From Candidatus Giovannonibacteria bacterium (GTDB lineage: Bacteria; Patescibacteriota; Minisyncoccia; UBA11713; 2-01-FULL-45-33): a DNA stretch of 64,000 nucleotides. This document shows positions 58,322-64,000 of this stretch, one piece after another. The notes below the pieces were generated by a model. That model saw only the letters and a program-made list of their open reading frames with translations. It had not been told where the DNA came from and ran no database searches. Location: positions 42,456 through 106,455 of the forward strand of contig CP066687.1 in the NCBI GenBank assembly GCA_016432405.1, read 5' to 3'. A program made the translations under genes and the position numbers. Positions within the stretch are counted from its first letter, which is position 1; each line of letters starts with the position of its first letter.

Positions 58322-59185
58322 TTACCTCGGGGGTAAAGCAATGAGCCGTTCTAAAATTGTTGCAAGCGCCTCGCGGGAGGTGGAGATAATGACATATTGC
58401 TTGTTGAAAATGGCATAGCCCAGAATTATTTTACCTCCGCCTCCGCCAGCGGCGGATGGCGGACCGTTTTTTAAAACCCGCGCGTCATTATTTTTTATGA
58501 TGTCATCTGCCCACGAAAACCGCGCGATGTTTTTAATGTCTTCTTCCGCCAGAAAAGGTTTCCAATCAAACCAAATTGTATGCTCCCATTCCAAAAGCGA
58601 GGCCAGGGCGCGCTCAAAACCCCTCGCCTTAAAAATAATAGCCAGATCGCTGGAGGCCTGTCCGTATGCAATAAGCGTGTTGAAATCGGGATTTAAATTG
58701 TCCGCGAACCCCGCTGGCGGATTCCATGAAAGCAATGCAACAAAATCCTGGGACGTCATCCCGAACGGGAAATAAATCACCGTGTCAAAGCGGAGGCCTT
58801 TTTGTTTTTCATCCAAAAGCGCGCTTATAAGCGAGCCCGGGTCGGATTTTGAAAAAACTAGCTCTTTTTTATCTTCCACCGGCAAAAAACTCGCGGCCGC
58901 CGGCTTCGGGGCTTCCGGCTGCGGCTCCGTAGGCGCGGCGAAAAATAATTTGAAAACAAAGTATCCCGCAAGCGCGATAATTAAAACTGCGAGCGCGGAG
59001 TAAGTTATTTTTTTCCAGTCCAAGCCGAGCTTTAATTTCTCCGCCAGCCCGCCTGCCGGACGGGCAGGCCCTTCTTCGCCGGCGGCGTAAGCGCTTCGGG
59101 TGATATCCAATCGCGAGAGGTTTTTTTCTTTAATAAAAATCTCGGCGTCGGTTTTAAACGTCCTGATTTTAGGGATTTCTTTCAT
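58322..59185 (-). CDS. Hypothetical single-TM protein
   Basis: IRTFKTD N-terminus, TM, IIKNNDAR, IISTS. Confidence 0.7.
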   Translation of the reverse strand: MKEIPKIRTFKTDAEIFIKEKNLSRLDITRSAYAAGEEGPARPAGGLAEKLKLGLDWKKITYSALAVLIIALAGYFVFKLFFAAPTEPQPEAPKPAAASFLPVEDKKELVFSKSDPGSLISALLDEKQKGLRFDTVIYFPFGMTSQDFVALLSWNPPAGFADNLNPDFNTLIAYGQASSDLAIIFKARGFERALASLLEWEHTIWFDWKPFLAEEDIKNIARFSWADDIIKNNDARVLKNGPPSAAGGGGGKIILGYAIFNKQYVIISTSREALATILERLIALPPR

Positions 59186-59186
59186 T

Positions 59187-61331
59187 TTATTTTCTGCGCG
59201 GCTTCGGCTGAAGCTCCTGCACGGCTTTGATTGAAAGATTTACCCTTCCTTGGTCGTCAATGCCGACGACTTTTACTTTTACTTCGTCCCCCGGCGCGAC
59301 TACGTCCGTGACCTGATTTACCCGAAAAGGCGTGAGCTCGGAGATATGTACCAATCCTTCCTGTTTCGGCCCGATTTCTACCATTGCGCCGAATGGGAAG
59401 ATGCGCGTGACTTTGCCTGTAAACGTTTCTCCGACCTCAAATTCTTTTGTCAGCATTGTGATTTTTTCTTCGGCCGCTTTTAAGCTTTCTTGATTCGGCG
59501 AGGTGATGAAAATCGTGCCGTCCTGCTCAATATCAATCTCCGCGCCGGTTTCCGCCACGATTGATTGGATTATTTTGCCTCCCGGGCCGATGACGTCGCG
59601 GATTTTCTCCGGATTTATATGCATGGTTAAAATCCGCGGAGCGTAAGGTGAAAGTTCGTCGCGGTGTTTGGGAAGTTCCTTGGCGATGACGTCCAAAATC
59701 TGGAGACGCGCCTCGCGCGCCTGCAAAAACGCCTCCCCCATAATGTTTAACGGTATTCCGTCCACTTTCACGTCCATTTGGGCCGCGGTGATTCCACTGC
59801 GTGTCCCGGCAACTTTAAAATCCATATCGCCGTGATGGTCTTCCGGCCCCTGGATATCGGTTAAAATTTTGTAATTATTTTTATCTTGCATCATCAGCCC
59901 CACTGCAATCCCCGAAACCGGCGCTTTTATGGGAACTCCCGCGTCCATCAGCGCCAATGCGCCGGCCGTTACCGAGCCCATTGAGGAGGAACCGTTGGAC
60001 GAAAGCGTCTCGGAGACCACGCGGATGGTGTAAGGAAAAATTTCCGCCGGAGGAATTACGGCCAGTAGCGCTTTTTCCCCCAGAGCTCCGTGGCCGATGT
60101 CGCGCCGAGCAGGGCCCCTCATCGGTTTTATCTCCCCGACCGAGAACGGCGGGAAATTGTAATGGTGCATAAATCTTTTTTTCGTCCGCACTTCCATTCC
60201 TTCAATCAGCTGGACGTCCGACGGCGCGCCCAGGGTTGCCACGGAAAGAATGTGCGTCTCACCCCTGTAAAAAACACCGGAGCCGTGCGTCCTTGGGAGC
60301 ACTCCCGCCCTTGCGAAAAGCGGGCGCAAATCTTTTACCCCCCTGCCGTCGGGCCTTTTTTCTTTTTCTATGATATTTTTATGGACAATGTCGTTAATCG
60401 CATCTTCAAAAAGGGAATCGGCGATATTGCGCGGAGTGTCCGCGAAATTTTCTTCGCATTCTTCCATCCATTGCCTTTTTAATTCGTTCATCGCTTCGTA
60501 GCGGTTTAATTTTTCTTTTACGTAAATTGTCTCTTCCAGCTTCGGCGCGATTTTTTTCTGAAATTCGGCTTTCATGTCGGCAGGCGCCTCGGCCAGCGCA
60601 ATTTCCGCTTTCGCCGCGCCGATCTCTTTTATGATTTTATTCTGGAATTCGCAAAGTTTGTCGTTTTCCGCCGTTGCGAGTTTGAGAGCCTCCATCATTT
60701 CGTCTTCCGAGATTTCTTGCGCGCCGGCTTCAATCATATTTACCCCCACACCAAAGGTTTTGGTGTGGGGGTTTACCTTGCCTCCCACACCGCAAATCAC
60801 CGCGTCTAACTCGGCACCCTCACGCATTTTGTAGCTTGGATTTATCACAAACTCATTTCCTACTTTGCCAATTCTTATTGCGCCAATCGGACCGGCCCAG
60901 GGGATGTTGGAAGTCCCCAGCGCCAGAGAAGTCGCCAAAATCGCAAGCACGTCCGGGTCGTTGTCCTCGTCAATTGAGAGTGTAAGCACAATCACCTGCG
61001 TTTCGTTTCTTGTTTTTTGGTTAAAAAGCGGCCTTATGCTTCGGTCAATCAGGCGCGAAACCAATATTGCTTCGTCTGACGCTCTCCCTTCTCGGCGCAT
61101 GAAACGCGAGCCCAAAATCATCCCCGCGGCGTAAAATTTTTCTTCGTAATCAACCGTCAGCGGGAAAAAATCTATTCCCTCGCGCGCGGTTTTAGTCTGA
61201 ACGGCGGTCGCCAAAACAACCGTGCCGCCGTAAGTGATTAAGCAAGACCCGTTGGCTTGGTGCGCCAAATCGCTAAACTCGGCGGTAAGAGTCCTTCCGC
61301 CGACTTTCGTCGTAAATTTTTTTGATTGCAT
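59187..61331 (-). CDS. pnp: Polyribonucleotide nucleotidyltransferase
   Basis: FFPLTVDY, RLIDRSIRP, HHYNFPPFSVGE, GDMDFKVAG, KH and S1 domains. Confidence 0.97.
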   Translation of the reverse strand: MQSKKFTTKVGGRTLTAEFSDLAHQANGSCLITYGGTVVLATAVQTKTAREGIDFFPLTVDYEEKFYAAGMILGSRFMRREGRASDEAILVSRLIDRSIRPLFNQKTRNETQVIVLTLSIDEDNDPDVLAILATSLALGTSNIPWAGPIGAIRIGKVGNEFVINPSYKMREGAELDAVICGVGGKVNPHTKTFGVGVNMIEAGAQEISEDEMMEALKLATAENDKLCEFQNKIIKEIGAAKAEIALAEAPADMKAEFQKKIAPKLEETIYVKEKLNRYEAMNELKRQWMEECEENFADTPRNIADSLFEDAINDIVHKNIIEKEKRPDGRGVKDLRPLFARAGVLPRTHGSGVFYRGETHILSVATLGAPSDVQLIEGMEVRTKKRFMHHYNFPPFSVGEIKPMRGPARRDIGHGALGEKALLAVIPPAEIFPYTIRVVSETLSSNGSSSMGSVTAGALALMDAGVPIKAPVSGIAVGLMMQDKNNYKILTDIQGPEDHHGDMDFKVAGTRSGITAAQMDVKVDGIPLNIMGEAFLQAREARLQILDVIAKELPKHRDELSPYAPRILTMHINPEKIRDVIGPGGKIIQSIVAETGAEIDIEQDGTIFITSPNQESLKAAEEKITMLTKEFEVGETFTGKVTRIFPFGAMVEIGPKQEGLVHISELTPFRVNQVTDVVAPGDEVKVKVVGIDDQGRVNLSIKAVQELQPKPRRK

Positions 61332-61340
61332 ATTTCTTGG

Positions 61341-61448
61341 GCTGGCCTCCGGATTTTAGGCCGCGTTTTCGCACGGACTACCTATCCAAAGGCCAACAGT
61401 GTTAATTAATAATAATTAAATACTATTCTTTAGATTTAGCGATGTCAA
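61341..61448 (-). promoter_or_regulatory. pnp promoter and structured 5' leader
   Basis: TTGACA-17-TAGTAT (61420-61448); 14-bp stem 61341-61354/61384-61397 with G-U pairs on the minus strand. Confidence 0.65.
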
Positions 61449-61559
61449 GCCCGTCCGGAAATCCCGGCCGGCTTTTTTTATTCATTTTCTGCATATACTC
61501 AATTTGTCACGATCGTACGAAAGTGAGTATAGCCACCCTTTTGTAATTTATAAGCGGCG

Positions 61560-62066
61560 CTACTTCTTTATTATGTACTTCCCCGGCTCTTCGCCCAAAT
61601 CAATGAATTCGTCGCAGATTTCTTTGAGCTTTCCTGAAGTTGAGCGGCCGAAAGCGATGATTTCAACGCGTCTCCCCTGATTTTTCAAATATTCAACCAA
61701 AGGTATAAGGTCGCCGTCGCCGCAGGCAATAATAATGGTATCCACAATCTCCGCTGTGCGAATGGCGTCCACCGCGAGCCCGACGTCCCAGTCCGCCTTT
61801 TTAGCCCCGCCGAAAAATTCCTGCAAGTCCTTTTCGCGCGTTTCAATCCCCAACTTGATAAGGGCCTCAAAAAAGGGCTTCTCCTCACCCGTTTTTGTGC
61901 GGATGACATATCCGAAGGCGCGGATGAGCTGCCGCCCGCCGATTGCCGTCTGTAGCAGGTTTTTAAAATTCACCCGCCCGCCGAATAAGCTCCGCGCGGA
62001 ATGGTAAAGGTTCTGCGCGTCAATGAAAACCGCGACGCGCTGATTTTTGTGTTTGATGTCCGGCAT
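61560..62066 (-). CDS. NYN/LabA domain protein
   Basis: VFIDAQNLY, KADWDVGLAVD, GDGDLIPL, DEFIDL. Confidence 0.9.
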   Translation of the reverse strand: MPDIKHKNQRVAVFIDAQNLYHSARSLFGGRVNFKNLLQTAIGGRQLIRAFGYVIRTKTGEEKPFFEALIKLGIETREKDLQEFFGGAKKADWDVGLAVDAIRTAEIVDTIIIACGDGDLIPLVEYLKNQGRRVEIIAFGRSTSGKLKEICDEFIDLGEEPGKYIIKK

Positions 62067-62070
62067 AAAA

Positions 62071-62337
62071 TTATTTACGTAACCCAAGTTTTTTAATAAG
62101 TTTTTCGTACGACGCTTTATCTTTTTTGGAAAGATACTCCAGAAATTTTTTCCTTTTGGAAACCATCTTTAAAAGCCCTCTCCGAGAGTGGTTGTCTTTG
62201 CGGTGCTTTTTTAAGTGTTCGGTGAGTTCGTCAATCCTTTTTGTGAGCAGCGCCGCCTGCACTTCGGCCGAGCCCGTGTCTTTTTCGTGAACGCGGTGCG
62301 CTTCCACTATTTTCTTTTTGTCTTTGGATTTAAGCAC
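62071..62337 (-). CDS. rpsO: 30S ribosomal protein S15 (GTG start)
   Basis: [33 protein letters not shown]. Confidence 0.95.
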   Translation of the reverse strand: MLKSKDKKKIVEAHRVHEKDTGSAEVQAALLTKRIDELTEHLKKHRKDNHSRRGLLKMVSKRKKFLEYLSKKDKASYEKLIKKLGLRK

Positions 62338-62402
62338 GATTACGAAATTACTAATAAATACGAATATACGAATAATATCATTATTTATGATAATATCAAA
62401 AT

Positions 62403-63275
62403 ATGGAAAACGTCGCAAAATTAAAGAAGGAGTTTCTTGAATATCTGGAGATAGAAAAAGGGCGGGTGGTGAAGACCGTGGAAAATTACGACAGGTACTT
62501 AAAGCGTTTTTTGGATTTTGCGAAAATCAGCGAGCCCAAAAACATAAGCGAGGATTTAGTGAGAAAATACCGGCTTTATCTCAACCGCGCGGACTTGGAC
62601 AAAAATACGCAGAATTATTATGTTATCGCGCTTAGGATGTTTTTAAAATATTTGTCCAAAAGGAATGTTGATTCGCTGGATGCCGAGAAAGTTGAGCTAG
62701 CGAAACTGCCCCAGCGAGAATTGGATTTATTGGGTTCGGAGGATTTGGAAAGATTATTAAAAGCCCCAGATGGAAACTCCGCCAAATCCTTGAGAGATAA
62801 AGCTGTTTTAGAGATGTTTTTTTCTACGGGGCTTCGCATCTCTGAACTTGCCAATCTTAAAGTAGAGGAAGTTTACCCCCACACCAAAAAGTTTGGTGTG
62901 GGGGAATTCTCCGTCCGCGGAAAGGGAGGGAAAATCAGGGTGGTGTTTTTGTCGGATAGAGCCAAAAGCGCCGTCTTAAATTATTTGGAAAAAAGGGGCG
63001 GCATTGACAATGACAAATTATTTCCGGTGACCTCGCGCTCAATCCAAAGAATGATAAAAAAATACGCGATTAAAGCCGGAATAGTCAAAAAAGTCACTCC
63101 GCATGTTCTGCGCCACGCTTTCGCCACTGACCTTTTGCAAAACGGCGCCGATTTGCGCTCCGTGCAGGCGATGCTCGGCCACGCCAACATTTCAACCACG
63201 CAAATTTACACCCATTTTACGGATAAGCAATTAAAAGAGGTGCACAGGGCGTTTCATGGGAGGAGGAGAAAATGA
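62403..63275 (+). CDS. XerC/XerD-type tyrosine recombinase
   Basis: SAM-like N-domain, [36 protein letters not shown]. Confidence 0.92.
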   Translation: MENVAKLKKEFLEYLEIEKGRVVKTVENYDRYLKRFLDFAKISEPKNISEDLVRKYRLYLNRADLDKNTQNYYVIALRMFLKYLSKRNVDSLDAEKVELAKLPQRELDLLGSEDLERLLKAPDGNSAKSLRDKAVLEMFFSTGLRISELANLKVEEVYPHTKKFGVGEFSVRGKGGKIRVVFLSDRAKSAVLNYLEKRGGIDNDKLFPVTSRSIQRMIKKYAIKAGIVKKVTPHVLRHAFATDLLQNGADLRSVQAMLGHANISTTQIYTHFTDKQLKEVHRAFHGRRRK

Positions 63276-63391
63276 TTTTGGTCAACTTAACGCGATCGCG
63301 TTAGAATGGACAAAAGTAAAAAATGAGAAATAAAAAAGAAACCCCGTCGCGTGATAGCGGCGGGGCGGCCCAATGGGCCTCTGGCAGGATT

Positions 63392-63646
63392 TTATGTTTG
63401 GCCGGTGTAGTCGCCGACGTAGTCCAGATAGATGCTGTCCGGGTACGGTCTGATGGGTTCGGTTTCGACTCGCAAATGTATCAGGGCTGCGAGGTCGAAT
63501 ATGAACCCGAGAACCATCCACACCGCAAGCGGTGTGTTAGGGTCGATGGCGACACGGCTTGCAGTGGCTGCAACTGGTAGCCCTATCATTATAGCCACGC
63601 CGATGATTCCAAGCACCCTATCAGTTTTCTCCATTGTCTTATTCAT
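63392..63646 (-). CDS. Small hypothetical two-TM protein
   Basis: AAAGGAG SD; perfect TTGACA-17-TATAAT at 63772-63800. Confidence 0.55.
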   Translation of the reverse strand: MNKTMEKTDRVLGIIGVAIMIGLPVAATASRVAIDPNTPLAVWMVLGFIFDLAALIHLRVETEPIRPYPDSIYLDYVGDYTGQT

Positions 63647-63832
63647 TTCTTTCTCCTTTCCTATTTTTTGCGCACGTTATTTTGTTTATAGAACAATCCG
63701 TTTTTCTACCGCTCCCGATGGGACCGCGGAAAGATATGTGAGTGCGCAGCAGTTTATCTGAATCTGCCCCTATTATACTCCTTTTTAAAGTGCTTGTCAA
63801 GTGCCCAAAAGCATGCTAAATTGGGCTCATTA

Positions 63833-63904
63833 GCCCTCGTGGTGAAACGGATATCACGCATGGCTTCGGACCATGTGTTCCCCGTTCAAATCGGGGCGAG
63901 GGCA
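63833..63904 (+). tRNA. tRNA-Arg(TCG)
   Basis: GCCCTCG/CGAGGGC acceptor stem, CATGG-CTTCGGA-CCATG anticodon arm, CCCCG-TTCAAAT-CGGGG T arm. Confidence 0.92.
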
Positions 63905-63926
63905 TAATCGGCTATACTTAAAAATT

Positions 63927-64000
63927 ATGGCTTATAATATTCCCAAAGAAGTTCGCGCGGCGCTTGCTATTTTAGAAGGAGCGGGTTTTGAGGCGTATCT
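63927..64000 (+). CDS. Probable CCA-adding enzyme, 5' end (partial)
   Basis: MAYNIPKEVRAALAILEGAGFEAYL. Confidence 0.65.
   Translation, partial: MAYNIPKEVRAALAILEGAGFEAY

Noticed and set aside
62403-63904. Prophage integrase at tRNA-Arg
   Set aside because: Housekeeping Xer-like size and motifs; no phage genes and no tRNA 3' duplication seen
1-64000. CRISPR array, rRNA, or TGA recoding
   Set aside because: No regularly spaced repeat-spacer array or rRNA-like segment was seen, and TGA terminates conserved genes such as rpmH and tyrS

Overview
Chromosomal window around dnaA from a small-genome bacterium using code 11. Gene content and style point to Patescibacteria/CPR, probably Parcubacteria (inference). 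Housekeeping genes include mutM, murE, ruvA/B/C, uvrB, rpsT, holA, tsaE, pilB, tyrS, PBP1, dnaN-dnaA-rpmH-rnpA-yidC-jag, ksgA, pcrA, comM, ahpC, pnp, rpsO and a xer recombinase, plus three tRNAs. The main accessory system is a complete diversity-generating retroelement (4110-6742). Its 126-bp TR and VR differ at 16 positions, all TR adenines, and its avd gene is inverted between TR and RT. Other notable items: (1) dozens of short palindromic or heptamer elements inserted in-frame in housekeeping genes; (2) a structured ~160-190 nt ncRNA candidate between pilB and ruvB; (3) three orphan solute-binding proteins around a Cache histidine kinase and a double receiver; (4) a CPR-type T4SS-like locus with a pilin-zincin fusion; (5) a nucleotidyltransferase module flanked by a duplicated gene start; (6) leaderless core genes contrasting with SD-led orphan genes. 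All calls come from reading the sequence by eye; no database searches were run.
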